Shown here piece by piece: positions 12,514-24,605 of a stretch of DNA of 64,000 nt (within the stretch, counting starts at the first letter, position 1; every line of letters begins with the position of its first letter). Below the pieces are notes generated by a model, which was given only the letters and a program-made list of their open reading frames with translations, was not told the DNA's origin and ran no database searches. The position numbers and the translations under genes are program-made. Origin of the DNA: Octopus bimaculoides (Eukaryota). The stretch is from NCBI RefSeq assembly GCF_001194135.2, contig NC_068988.1, positions 43,562,029 through 43,626,028 on the forward strand, read 5' to 3'.

Positions 12514-12651
12514 ACGGTTGTGTGCGCAGTGGGAGCGAGCATTGACCCTCGTGAAGCAGTGTGCCGAGTGACATCGCTTTGTTTACTTCGCAAGTTGTGA
12601 AATTTGTGATCACGTGTTTGTCTACGATATTCGTCATGGACAAGAAGCTGG
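12514..12651 (+). mobile_element. Fragment of the 5' region of the same mariner family as 8264-9176, embedded in a degenerate SINE C copy (about 12400-12780)
   Basis: Aligns by eye to 8325-8476 (acggttgtgtg...gtgccgagtgacatcg...tttacttc.caagttgtgaaatttgtg...atg.acag.aa.ctgg). No TIR. Confidence 0.85.
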
Positions 12652-13404
12652 TGTTCACTTTGTCTTTCATTCGATAAAATAAAGCCCGAGTCCAGTACTT
12701 GGTCGATATAATCGACTGTACTTTAATACAGTCGATTATATCCCAGCGTAGTCACAGTTCATTGGATGAAACCAGTAAAATAGTTTCTAAAAAATACCAT
12801 TTCTATGAACATTAGTTTTCAGGTACGATTATGTCAGTGATCACGTGATAGTTTTGTTTACCTCGTAACTAATGACGCAGAACGGTGAAAGCGTTTGCAA
12901 GTGTGTTCGTGAATGTGGTAGGGGATGTAGATATGCTACATCTCGACATCACATGTTCACATGCCTATTAAAGAAAATGAGAAAACGATGAGTTTACTGA
13001 CTCACACGGTATAAAATCGGGGAATATAGCATGTGGTATTTAGTTACGTCCTTTCCGTTCTAACTTCAAATGCCGCAAACATTCGATTTGTTTTTCTTCC
13101 TTCCGGAGCCAATTAAGTTCAATCAAGTTCAATGATCGATTATACTTCCCTAAATGTGTCTTTGTGCTAAGGAAAAAAAATGTTTTGAACTCATCATATT
13201 AAATGAAAACTGACTATAAAAAGAGGTATTTAAAATTTTTACTTGTTTTTGAAATTCTTTATATTCATATTCTCTCTGCCTTCCTCCTCCTCCTTTCATC
13301 TCATACACCACTCACAAAACTTCTCACCATTTCTCCCTTCATCTCTAACCTCATATTTTTCCTTCATTCGCTAGCATGTGTCCAAAGACACCACAGACTC
13401 TCTA

Positions 13405-13419
13405 GCTCTCTCTCTCTCA

Positions 13420-13503
<84 letters not shown>

Positions 13504-13519
13504 CTCTCTCTCACACACA

Positions 13520-13556
<37 letters not shown>

Positions 13557-13572
13557 TCTCTCGCACACATAC

Positions 13573-13607
<35 letters not shown>

Positions 13608-13880
13608 AGCACACACTCTCTCACTGTCATTACACACCACCACCACAAATTCCATTACCACAACACATCACCACCACAACAACAAACACCACCACAACAA
13701 CAAGCACCACCACCACAACAAACACCACCCATAACAACAAACGTTACAACTACCACCACCACCACCACCACCACAACAACAACAATAAACACTATCACCA
13801 CAAATCTCACCTCCAGCTCGCTATTGAACACTACCACTACACATCACTATTACACATCGCCACCATCTCCACGATGCACA
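13405..13880. repeat. Compound microsatellite block: (CA)n/(CT)n then (CAC)/(CAA)-rich
   Basis: Directly visible. It accounts for the spurious ORFs 13203-13985, 13378-13734 and 13604-13897. Confidence 0.95.
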
Positions 13881-14489
13881 ACCAGCGCCTCTATTAACAC
13901 TATGCAAGAGGAGCCTCTATGTGGACCACTAGAAACTGAAGTCAAATCGCCCTTAAATTATACTCTGTCATCTGAAATAATGTAAGGACGCATTGATAAT
14001 ATGGTTCCACTGCCTGTAGAAGAAAAACGTGGTCACGATTAGAATATCTCGGATCATGGGCCAGCTCATTCGAGTCTGACAAGAGCTAAACTACAACAGT
14101 AACAACAAAATCAACCAGCTGCCTCAGCCTGGTCGCTCAACTTGCTAGAAATAGCAACCCGATTTCTACAGTCTGGTAGAAGGCAATGACAAGTTGATAA
14201 TGTAGTCATTGATGTATTGCCGTGGAAAAGGCGAGAGGGTCTCGACTGAAAAACCATTGATTATAAGACTAAACACTTGCAATATCTGCTCATCAACAAC
14301 AATAATGAGCTATTTTTCAACTACTAGACTAGGAGGCAACAAGATAAAGATGACTCTAAACATATTATTAACGTGTAGTTAATTGATAAATGCTTATATT
14401 TTCAACCAGTTTTTTTTTCTTTTCAGGCATCGTGCGTCATAATCACATTATCCAATGGTGGGATGTTAATAAAAAGGAGAAACATTAAA

Positions 14490-14940
14490 ATTTAAAAAAA
14501 GCCTAATATCACTATCTTCAATTCGGTTTTGGTACCTGTCCTCAACTATGGTCGTGAATGCTGGTTAATGACCGACAGATTGCGATCGTGAATACAAGGA
14601 TATTTGGAGTAACGTTATTCGGCGATCAAGAAATCTCTCCAAGTGGAGCCGCTACTTCTGCGCATTGAGAGGTCACAGTCCTGATACTACGGACATGTGA
14701 TAAGAACGGAGCAGGAAAGAATCGCAAGATGGATTCTTCAAACTGAGCCAACCGACAGGAGACCTAGGGTAGACCAGGAATGAGATGGCGTAATAATATC
14801 CATTGTCTTAGTTGGTCACGTTTAATGACGGTTGCTTCTGATAGAACCAACCATATGAAAGAGGTCCCTGAGGAACCAATACCCACTACGGGATACTGGA
14901 CAAAAAGATGGATGGATGGAAGAATGGATGCATGGGTGTG
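14490..14940 (+). mobile_element. 3' end of an RTE-clade LINE
   Basis: Frameshifted IFNSVLVPVLNYGRECWLMTDRLRS / KSLQVEPLLLRIERSQS*YYGHVIRTEQERIARWILQTEPTDRRPR..GMRWRNNI, typical of the RTE ORF2 C-terminus. A (GATG)n-like tail follows near 14907-14935. Confidence 0.8.
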
Positions 14941-15351
14941 ATGAGAAGAAGATTTGTAGCTGTTTCATATATGTTAAGGAACTGCGAAGAGGCACCGTCA
15001 TGAGCTCACTTTCGATGTTTATCAATAATTTCTATTAATGAGATAAGCTTTTCCTAATTGAAGGTAACAACAACCAATTCCAATGTATTCTTCTCAGAAA
15101 GCCAGGAAAAAAAAATTCATCTCCTTGGTCAACTCATTGCAGAAATGACAAGTGCGTTTAGAATGATTGACATAACCTATACTGTTTAAGATTGTTGACA
15201 TAGGCTATACTGTTATATACATGAGCTAACGAAACTGTATCCAAGCGTTCGCTGAGCCTAACATATATTATAGCTACGTCATTCTCGAATAGGACAATAC
15301 TGAAGAAATGATATACTAAACGTATTCCAAGACACACTGTGTCGTTTACCT

Positions 15352-16445
15352 TTTACTTGATTCAGTCATTAGACTGCGGCCATGCTGGGGGGTATCACCT
15401 TGAAAAATTTTAGTCGAACACATCAACACCGGTACTTATTTATTTTAAGCCTGGTGCTTATTCTATCGGTCTTCTTTTGCCTGACCATTAAGTTACGGTG
15501 AAGTAAAAAAAAATTAACCCTGGTTGTCAAGCTGTATAGTGGTGGAAGTGGTGGGGACAAACAAGCATAAAGAGACACTCATACGCATATACGACGGGAT
15601 TCTACACAGTTTCTGGATCTAGTTCAAAACGGGGGCGCCAGTATTTTCTTAACAAAACACTTTGAAACTTGGGACACTGGTAGAATGTGTCATATAGAAC
15701 ATATTTTTCTCTTAGTCTTCTTAAGAAAAATTATTATATTGCAATTTATTTCATGTTAAAGTTGTCGTATTTCTGTAATTTCAACCAATGACTGACGTCC
15801 ATTCAGCCGAATACAGTAAGTGCTGACTACGTAAACAAACGATTCTCAAACGATTCTGGCGGTGATAAAATTATTATTTCCTTGTCAAAAAATGGCTGAA
15901 GCATATTGGCAGTAGCTAATAAACCTTTCTATTATANNNNNNNNNNNNNNNNNNNNNNNNNNNNNNNNNNNNNNNNNNNNNNNNNNNNNNNNNNNNNNNN
16001 NNNNNNNNNNNNNNNNNNNNNNNNNNNNNNNNNNNNNNNNNNNNNNNNNNNNNNNNNNNNNNACCGCTTAAACTGCCAAAGGAGTAACTGTAAACAGCTG
16101 AATACTTGTCAGTGATTGGTTGAAATTATCGAAATAAGACAATTTTTTACATGAAATAACTTCGAATACAAAATTTTTTTTCTGTTCTATAACACAAAAT
16201 AAATAAGTATACGAAGTTTGAAAGTCTTTCGGTACCAAAAACACTACATAAAACATAAATGAAAATTGGTGCCCCCGTTTTGAACTAGATCCCAGTTTCT
16301 GTCTGCTAAATTCACTCGCAAGACATTTGTCTGGCCGCAGCTATAGTAAAGGATATTTGCCCAAGGTGCCGCGCAGTGGGACTGAATCTGGAGCTATGAG
16401 GTTGGGAAGCAAGCTTCGTAATCATTCAGCCATGCCTGCGCCTAT
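15352..16445 (-). mobile_element. SINE family A copy (long tRNA-derived SINE), split by the Merlin-like insertion
   Basis: Head aggcgcaggcatggctgaatgattacgaagcttgcttcccaacc at 16445 downward, tail cagcatggccgcagtctaatgactgaatcaagtaaaa at about 15352-15390. The body is contiguous once 15615-16292 and one TSD copy are removed. Confidence 0.85.
15615..16292. mobile_element. Non-autonomous DNA transposon with GG-starting TIRs and an 8-bp TSD (Merlin-like foldback/MITE)
   Basis: TIR ggatctagttcaaaacgggggcgcca (15615-15640) versus 16267-16292, 25/26 match. Perfect TSD cagtttct at 15607-15614 and 16293-16300. Inner inverted arms 15776-15796 and 16108-16128 match at 20/21. N gap at 15937-16062. Confidence 0.85.
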
Positions 16446-17494
16446 ATCTGGGAAGAAATACATACAATAAAATAAAACCGGATGAAATTGTTATATGGCT
16501 ACAAAAAAAAAAAAAAAGTTACTGGTGTTGTGTTATGTTGGGTTGGAGCTGATACAGAGCTAAACAGCAACAAAATAGAAAGTTAAATATCATCTCACGT
16601 TTTCGACACAATTAGGAAAGTAGTTAAAAAGGACTTCAATAAACACCCAGCATCTTGTAATAAAATTCAAGGTCAGCCATTTTATGAGATTTTATTTAGG
16701 TCTGATTGTCGTATAAAAACGTGTCACTTCCTCTCACTCTTCCTTTCTACCTGATATCTCTTTCTTTCTCTTTTTCTCTTTCTATATCGGTCTCTCTTTA
16801 TTGTTTTATTTCTTTATTAGATTTGATTGGGGTAGGGGCTAGCTTTGAAAGTCTGTTCTCATAAATTCACTTCTCATACTCACGTCAGTAAAACAAATTT
16901 AGTGCCTATTATAGAAATATGTCTGTCTGATAAGAAAAAATAAATAAATAAAACTACACAGTCAAACGAATGGGAATTTTACCACCACCACTACGAACAA
17001 CCATCCTCTTCCACGTCACAGTCTACAACATTTAACAATAACAACTCTATTACTGTTATATATTACTTTTAATCTACTTTTCTTGTTTCTTGCAACCGGT
17101 TGCTTCTTGTTGTTATTGCTATGCAGCAGTTAATTGTGCTGCTACACTTGTTAACTTTGATATTTTGATATCACACACACACACACACACACACAAACGA
17201 ACACATGCACATGCACACACTCAAACTCATACACATACACATACAATCACACTCATGCAAATATATTCATTACGCGCTCATGTATGTACGTATGATATGT
17301 GCACGATACGTGTAGGTTATTTAAAAATTTCGCTTAATTTGAGTTTGGGAATGGCGTATGTTCATGTGCATACATGTAGGGTGGAAATGAATCTAGTGTA
17401 ACCAGTATATGTGTGTGTGTGCTAGTGTACATGCATGCATGCACACTAGCACGCAGATACCCACCACTATATCTTTATATACTTTAAACATACA

Positions 17495-18432
17495 GGTTCC
17501 ACCGATCGCACCAACTTCACCGACCGCAGCGTCTGCACCAACTCTCTATCAATCGGGTTATGCAGTCGATGAAATTCCCATGCATACAGAGTCCTTGTCT
17601 CTATATAAGAGCGAAGAGATTTTCAGCTTTAGATAAGAGCGAAGAGGTTTTCAGGGAAACGAACTAGTTAGTCTGTTTCGGAAGATTTCTTAACCGGCTC
17701 TACCATAGGCGCTGTTACCAAAGGACACTGCAGGTTCGAGATAAACTCTACAAGCACAAAAGTGTCGCCAGGTGGGGCTGTCCGAGATGCGCACAGGGCG
17801 TATTGCATGCACTCGTGCAGTGTCCGAGCATTACTGACTTGTGGAGTTATATCGAACAGTTTGTTTCGTGTGTAGGACAAATCCGACTGACCTCTGAGTT
17901 CACCGCGAGCATCACCCCACTACCACCTTCAGTAGGGCAGGGCAAGTGTTGTTCTTGTCTAGTGGCTACGGTGACAGAAGTTGTCTGGCGGACGAGGTTG
18001 GAAGGATTGAGGATCACCCCACTTCTTCGACTAAGTTCTATTAGGAAGTAAAAGTGAGGATGGGGAAGGAAGTGCTCTGTTCCGGTATATTTGTGAAAAG
18101 GTGCGTGAATGTGGTAGAAATGGTTAGGTTGAATGGGCCTCTTCTAAGCTTGCGTTTGTAGATTGGAGAACAAGAGTTGGGCAAGGGTTTGAGCGTTTAG
18201 TGATCAGGGTGATTCTGGCTTCGTGGGTTTCTTTGACTGACTCTAGTTGGAGGCTCTTCTGTGTCAGGACTGCATTATCAATGTGTTTATATATTTTGTG
18301 TACTATGTATACTTTCATCTCATTTCTTCATTCTTTTTTTTTTACCCTCATCTTTTACGTAAACCCCTACTCATATTGTAAACCGTCCTTTGTAACATCC
18401 TTCTCATCTGATGTTCCTTTGGAAAATATAAG

Positions 18433-18436
<4 letters not shown>
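17495..18436 (+). mobile_element. 3' portion of a Tx1/L1-like LINE (zf-RVT region plus 3' UTR)
   Basis: YQRTLQVRDKLYKH...WGCPRCAQGVLHALVQCPSITDLWSYIEQ...VVWRTR (C-x2-C...H-x4-C, about 17715-18000). A T-rich UTR follows and ends in an (ATC)n array. Confidence 0.75.

Positions 18437-18496
<60 letters not shown>
18437..18496. repeat. (ATC)n microsatellite
   Basis: Directly visible at the 3' end of the Tx1-like element. Confidence 0.95.
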
Positions 18497-18519
18497 TATT
18501 ATCATTATTAATAATCGTG

Positions 18520-18705
18520 ATCGGGCCAGGCAAAATTCTTAGCAGCATTTTGTTCGTCTTTACGTTCTGAGTTCAAATTACGCCGAGGTTGACTTTGGCT
18601 TGCATCCTTTTGGAATTGATGAAATAATTACCAGTTGTGCACTAGAATCAATGTAATCGACTTACTTCTCCCAGCGAGATTGCTGGCCTTGTGCCAAAAT
18701 TGGAA
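18520..18705 (+). mobile_element. SINE family C copy followed by (ATT)n at 18710-18810
   Basis: ttacgttctgagttcaaattacgccgaggttgactttggcttgcatcctttt ... ctggccttgtgccaaaattggaaac. Confidence 0.75.
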
Positions 18706-18708
18706 ACG

Positions 18709-18810
<102 letters not shown>

Positions 18811-19184
18811 GTTTAAAAATATAATAAACGCGTTATTTTTGTTTTAAGCCTTAAGTTCTCACGACTTTCTTTCACTTCTTATCCTACTTCACAAACTCCC
18901 TTACCACCCAACTGCTCGTGAAACTATCTCCATGTCTGATTCGCTTTCTCACTACTAACCCACGCTGCTTTGCACTATGCTCGACCTATCCCGTGCGTTC
19001 ATTGTCACATGTCATCGTTAATTTGCTGATGCACCATATGTTACACGTGTACAACTGCACATTTCATCTTTTTTCTCTTGTCTACGTTGCTTATATGGTT
19101 ATATCATTATCCTGTTACATACACGTAATGTATGGTTTTCTGCCCTAAGTCTTTTAACAGATTTCCCGCTTTCTCATAAAAGTT

Positions 19185-19735
19185 GTCAGTTGGCAGAATG
19201 GTTGAAGTGACGGAGGAAATGCCTGGCGGCATTTACTGGTGGACTTTGACGTTTTGGGTTCAAATTGTGCAGAGTTGAACCTTGCCATTTATCATTCTGG
19301 GATCGCTAATATAAAGAATTAGGGCCTATGAGTAACCCTATGCCCCTAAATTTCTGGACTTCTACCTTCTACCTATGTTAGAAATTATTAATGCATAGAG
19401 CCGTTAGAACATTCATAAAAATTGTTTGTAGTATTTGTTCTGTAGTATTTAATCAAATTTGATTTCATCCCTCAAAGGTCAATGAAATAAAGTACTAGTT
19501 AAGTACATTGATCGATATAATCGATTGTTCTCTTCAAGTCAAAATTGTTTTTAGCCTTGACAGAATCCCTAGACTGTACATAAAGACACCTTGCGCTATT
19601 TGTTCTGGAACTTCACGTTTCAAACTCCATCGAGGTTAACTTTGCTTTTCATCTTTCCGGAGTCTCTCCAATCTAGTACAGGAGTTGATTGTGTCAGCTA
19701 ACATTCTCGTCTGTAAAATTGCTGGCTTCGTGTCG
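19185..19735 (+). mobile_element. Two degenerate SINE family C copies (about 19185-19320 and 19590-19735)
   Basis: ttggcagaatggtt...gggttcaaattgtgcagagttgaaccttgccatttatcattctggg, and gaggttaactttgcttttcatctttccggag...aaaattgctggcttcgtg. Confidence 0.6.
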
Positions 19736-19859
19736 TCATATTATTATTATTATTATTAGTATTGATGCCTTCTGATTAATCCACAATCCAAATTGATCGG
19801 CTACACAGACCACGAATTTGTGATCTGCAGAAGTCGACTTAGATAGGATCCGTAGACAG

Positions 19860-20290
19860 GGACCCGGCACGCAAAGACTACAGGGGTCGGATTAGTGAAT
19901 TAGTTAACCGGCAGTTGACTGGGGCAATCGTGAGAATTTTCTTCAGGTGAAGTAACCCATTCCACGCAAAAGGTTTCTGAAAAAAGTTTGTTTGAGGATG
20001 ATGAACAAAATACCCATGTTTCCGGAGGGGAATTATTCAAATTCCAAAGAATCTCTCTCAACACATGGCTATGATGCTCCCCCACTACTCCTGTTCGGGA
20101 TCAGAGATGCACATGTCATCAGCCACTAAGAGACATGCTCAACTAGTGAAGGTCAAGCAACTGACAAACAAATATGTGGTATTGAGAAGAACATCTGCTG
20201 TAGCCTGTCTTTCACACCAGGACAAAACACTTCCAATCAGTTAAGATCAGAAGCCACCAGAGCTACTGCTGGTACTGCACCTCGACATTT
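19860..20290. repeat. Non-coding interspersed repeat, probably the UTR of a non-LTR retrotransposon
   Basis: GC-richer island with no credible ORF. From recall it resembles an abundant octopus repeat (gaattttcttcagg...ggctatgatgctcccccactac...cagttaagatcagaagcca). Not verified. Confidence 0.4.
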
Positions 20291-20744
20291 GATAGTTTCA
20301 GGTAAATTTCTACTGCATCAGCTGCTACCGAGATTTGTGCAGCATTATGTGTTCTGTTGAGGGAGTACACATTCTTATTATATTGCATCAGTCCTTTTTG
20401 TTATGGGGTTTGGCTTGAGTCTTTTGTTGTATTAGTGTTTGTATTGTGTGTTATGTGTTTAATGCGGTTTGGGTTTTTCAGTTAGGTATCCAACCAGTGG
20501 AGTATATGTTGTGGGGATTGTTTATTTTATTGGATATTTACTGTACAGAATGCGTCTTCTGTTTGTGGATTGTTTTATTTGGGTTGTACTATTGAATTGA
20601 TAGTGTCTTTCGCAGGGCTATTTTTGGGATAGTGTTTAGTGTTGAAGGCCCAGGTATAGCTTCTACGTTTTTGTTCATTCGTTTTTTTTTATCATCCCCA
20701 ATACTTCAGTGGAGTGTCTTCTACTATAGCCACGAGCCGCCCAA

Positions 20745-21091
20745 AGCTTTGTGAGTGGATTTGGTAGATGGGAACTGTAAGAAGCCGGTCATATAAATGT
20801 ACATATATATGTGTGTATGCGTGTGTATTTATGTGTGTGGTTTATGTTTGTGTTTGTCCCCCAATACTGCTTGACAACTGGTGTTGGTTGAATTTACATC
20901 CCCGTCACGTGGCGGTTAAGCAAGAAACGAAAACATCCCCACACAAAATAAGAACAAAAAAAAAAAAAGAAAGAAGGATTGAATAAGTACCAGGCTTTAA
21001 AAAAGTCGATTCGTTCGACTAAAACTTTTCAAAGCGGTGCCCCAGCATGGTCACAGTCTAATGACTGAAACAAGTAAAAGATAAAAGATAT
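20745..21091 (+). mobile_element. SINE family A, 3' two-thirds
   Basis: ccaaagctttgtgagtggatttggtagatgggaactg...gcttgacaac...gcggtgccccagcatggtcacagtctaatgactgaaacaagtaaaagataaaagat. Confidence 0.85.
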
Positions 21092-22054
21092 NNNNNNNNN
21101 NNNNNNNNNNNNNNNNNNNNNNNNNNNNNNNNNNNNNNNNNNNNNNNNNNNNNNNNNNNNNNNNNNNNNNNNNNNNNNNNNNNNNNNNNNNNNNNNNNNN
21201 NNNNNNNNNNNNNNAGCGGTGCCCCAGCATGGTCACAGTCTAATGACTGAAACAAGTAAAAGATAAAAGATATATCTAAAGGTTGCTGTTGTTACTGCGT
21301 AGTCATCGTCATTGTTTTTATTGTTATTGTTGTTGTCGTTGTTGTTGTTATCGTTGTTGTTTAGGGCCAGGTTAAGCTCCGATGAGGTTAACATATGAAC
21401 AAAAACGCCAAATCTGGCTATCCAATTTGTTTGAAGCGTACATAGAACTACATTATTTAATATGTAGTTCTTTCCTATTCCCGAGATGCAAGGATGTGAC
21501 TTAAGGTTTATTTGGCTGCTATTTCTTGTAAGACAAAAGACCGCATAGTGACTCTTATTAGCTCAAAAAGGATGCAGTAGCTGTTAGCGGTAAAGAAATA
21601 GAAGAGAAAAACACCGTTAAAGATTATAAAAATAGCAGGCTGTCGCCATATACTAATTACTTAATTAGCAAATTAGTTACGTAAATACAAAAGTATGTAT
21701 GTATTCGATCAAAATCCATGGCATAGGGAGGACGTAGGTGCTCTGTGAGAGACAGACTCTAGCTTCACTGGGGCCCCACGCTGTGTTTCAGTAAGTAGAT
21801 AGCCTCGTGGCGCCTATCTTTATTCCACATATCGTTGGTCGCTGGATTCCCGGCGAGAGCTCTTCCGTCCTCTGACAGGTTTTAGTTTGACCTTGCTGGA
21901 TTTGCTATGGAACAATACGATTCTTAGTTTTCTTATCTTTGAAGACATTCCAAACTAAATTCTAAGGACTAATAACGAAATATGAGAAAGAAATTAGAGC
22001 TAAAAAATGAATATGTCTTCAAAATACCATATATATACAAATATGCGTTTTTAT

Positions 22055-22097
<43 letters not shown>

Positions 22098-22197
22098 NNN
22101 NNNNNNNNNNNNNNNNNNNNNNNNNNNNNNNNNNNNNNNNNNNNNNNNNNNNNNNNNNNNNNNNNNNNNNNNNNNNNNNNNNNNNNNNNNNNNNNNN

Positions 22198-22241
<44 letters not shown>

Positions 22242-22329
22242 CGTGTGGTAAAGCAAAACATACCAAACATACATTATAGAATATTATGAGGTCAGATGGC
22301 AGAATCGGTCGAGTGACAGACAAATGTCA

Positions 22330-23650
22330 TGAGATCTAGTAAAGATATAGTATAGGAGTGGAATTCGGGATCTCAGAGTGTACGGGGAAAGAGAGAAGAT
22401 TGCAAGGGCATAGAATTGCCAAATAGAGAGCGAATGGAAATCCCAGATAATGGTAGGTATAAGTACCATGGGATTCTGGAGCTGGACGACTTCTTGCACA
22501 GAGAAATGAAAGACAAATGTTACCGCTGCGTATTTGATGTACCTTGTCTTGAAGTCAAAATTCAATGCATGGAACCTTGTGATGGCCATTAACAAATGGG
22601 TTGTTGCTGTAGGTCGCTATAGTGCACCCATTCTGAGATGGACACAAGCGAAGACTGACCAGTTCGATCGCATTACTCAAAAGATGATGACAATACATGG
22701 TGTTCTCCACCTTAAAGCGACCATGCACAGGTTGTACATGGCCTGATAAGCGCACGGGAGTGAATTGACAGCGAAAGAAGAAACTTGACAGAGTACTTGT
22801 TAAACAACGAACAAGACCCGCTGCAGTACGCTGCTAAGGCAGAAGGCTTTGCTAACCATGAAGTTGAGTGTGTTAATGACTTCCATTCACGAATGGACAA
22901 AGAGAGAGAAAACGCGCTACTCTGCATGGAAATGTATGATCAGTTCTATTACGAAGCTAACAACTTAGGAGATCAGGAAGCAGCATGGATATAGCTCAAC
23001 ATAGGTGTCTTTCGGAAGAATGCTGAAAGCTTCCTAGTACCAGATATTGAATACTAACTCAGTGAGGATGGATATATACTACACATGTACAAAGAACTTC
23101 TGCAGAACGTGTGAAAAGAAGGTCTAAAGCGTGACTCGCATCGTTAGAGCTCTTGAAAGTCTTGCGTAGAAAGAGTACACCACAAGGTGACCCTGAACCT
23201 TCACTGGCTATTGTGCCGAAAGTATGGATATGAGGTAACAGACGCTTGGTACCAAAATACACCGGAAAAGGGAATGAACGAAAACGGGAAAGCAAGGATC
23301 CCCTGGAATTTTGACTTCCAAACAAACAAGGTGTTAGAGCACCGAAAGCCGGATATAGAAGCCTTTAAAGGAGGAAATCAAAAGGGTCGATTAAGTAACG
23401 TGGTATTGCTAGTAGATTAGCGTATTGGCATGAAAGATCGACAAATATGAAGACCTGAAAACTGACATCGTCAAGATGTGCCAGCTGTGAGAGTCAAACA
23501 TAAAAGGTGTTCCTGTTGTTATTAGATTTAATACCAGCCAACTTAAAGAAACATCTGGACACTTTAGAAATGTCCTACAATCTTGGCGTATTGCAAAAAT
23601 CGGTTTTACTTGGAACTGTACGCATACTGCGTAAAGTGTTGTCTATCTAA
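22330..23650 (+). mobile_element. 5'-truncated R4/Dong-clade LINE (end of RT, CCHC region, REL endonuclease), decayed
   Basis: GRYKYHGILELDD; VLKSKFNAWNLVMAINKWVVAVGRYSAPILRWT...FDRITQKMMTIHGVLHLKATMHRLY; NLHWLLCRKYGY...WYQNTPEK...IPWNFDFQTNKVLEHRKPDI; terminal LQKSVLLGTVRILRKVLSI* with TAA at 23648-23650. Confidence 0.88.
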
Positions 23651-24408
23651 GACCCCTATCGTAGTTTGACAGAAATAATAATTCCCTGGTTCAGACAATA
23701 TCTTCAATCTTCATCAGACTTTGTGTTTTTTGTACAAAGGATTATTATTATCATTATCATTATTTTTTTCCTTACTCACAAGATAATTATATTTCTATTT
23801 CAGGATTTTGCATATTGAAAGAAACTGAATATTTGATGACAAAAGATCTGAAAAAAAAAAAAAATATATAGCGTATTATTATTTTTTGCTATTTTTTCTT
23901 GCTATTGATGTAACTTTTTCTTGATTTTTGCTGCTGCCGTTGTTAATTTTGTCCTTGTTTTTCTTGTTTGTGATGTTACCACAGAACATCTATTTGAATA
24001 TTGTAATATTATTGTTCTGTTTGTTTTAATTCTACCTCCGAGGTTGGTTGCTTGATTGTTAATCTTATTTTCCATACACAATTGTCTTAATATTGTTTTA
24101 GGGGACTAAGAGGAAATATAGAGAAATAATAATCGCTAATCTATTAGAAAATAGATCAGCTGCAGGAGGTCGGTTTCAGTATTGAAATCTAAGTTGCTGT
24201 AGACGTTGTTGTTGTTCTGTTTCTCTGCTTGTTTAGGAAAGAAGCGAATACACTGTTTAGGCATGAAGGAACTGAAATACTAAAGAATAGCGACTGTGGT
24301 GCTTATAAATAAAAACCAAAGACTAATTAGGTGATATGCTGAAATTTTAACGATTTTGTAAGATTAGAAAACAAATACGCTTTTGATGTGTGGATGTGTG
24401 TTTAAGAA

Positions 24409-24605
24409 AGGCGGCGAGCTGGTACGCTGGGCAAAATGCTTAGCGACATTTCGTCCGTCTGTACGTCTTGAGTTCAAATTCCGCCGAGGTCGACTTTGCT
24501 TCACCCTCTTGATGATCGATAAAATGAGCACTGGGATCGATGTAATCGGTTTACCTCATCTTCCGAAATTGCCAGCCTTGTGCCAAAATTTGAACCCAAT
24601 ATTCA
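24409..24605 (+). mobile_element. SINE family C copy (well preserved)
   Basis: aggcggcgagctgg...gcaaaatgcttagcgacatttcgtccgtc...tgagttcaaattccgccgaggtcgactttgc...aaattgccagccttgtgccaaaatttgaa. Confidence 0.85.

Noticed and set aside
13203-13985. 260-aa ORF, the longest N-free ORF in the track
   Set aside because: It is a read-through of (CA)n, (CT)n and (CAC/CAA)n microsatellites with no domain content.
21033-21273. Identical 59-bp sequence on both sides of the N gap (21033-21091 and 21215-21273)
   Set aside because: An exact duplicate across a gap is best explained by an unmerged contig overlap, not a biological duplication.
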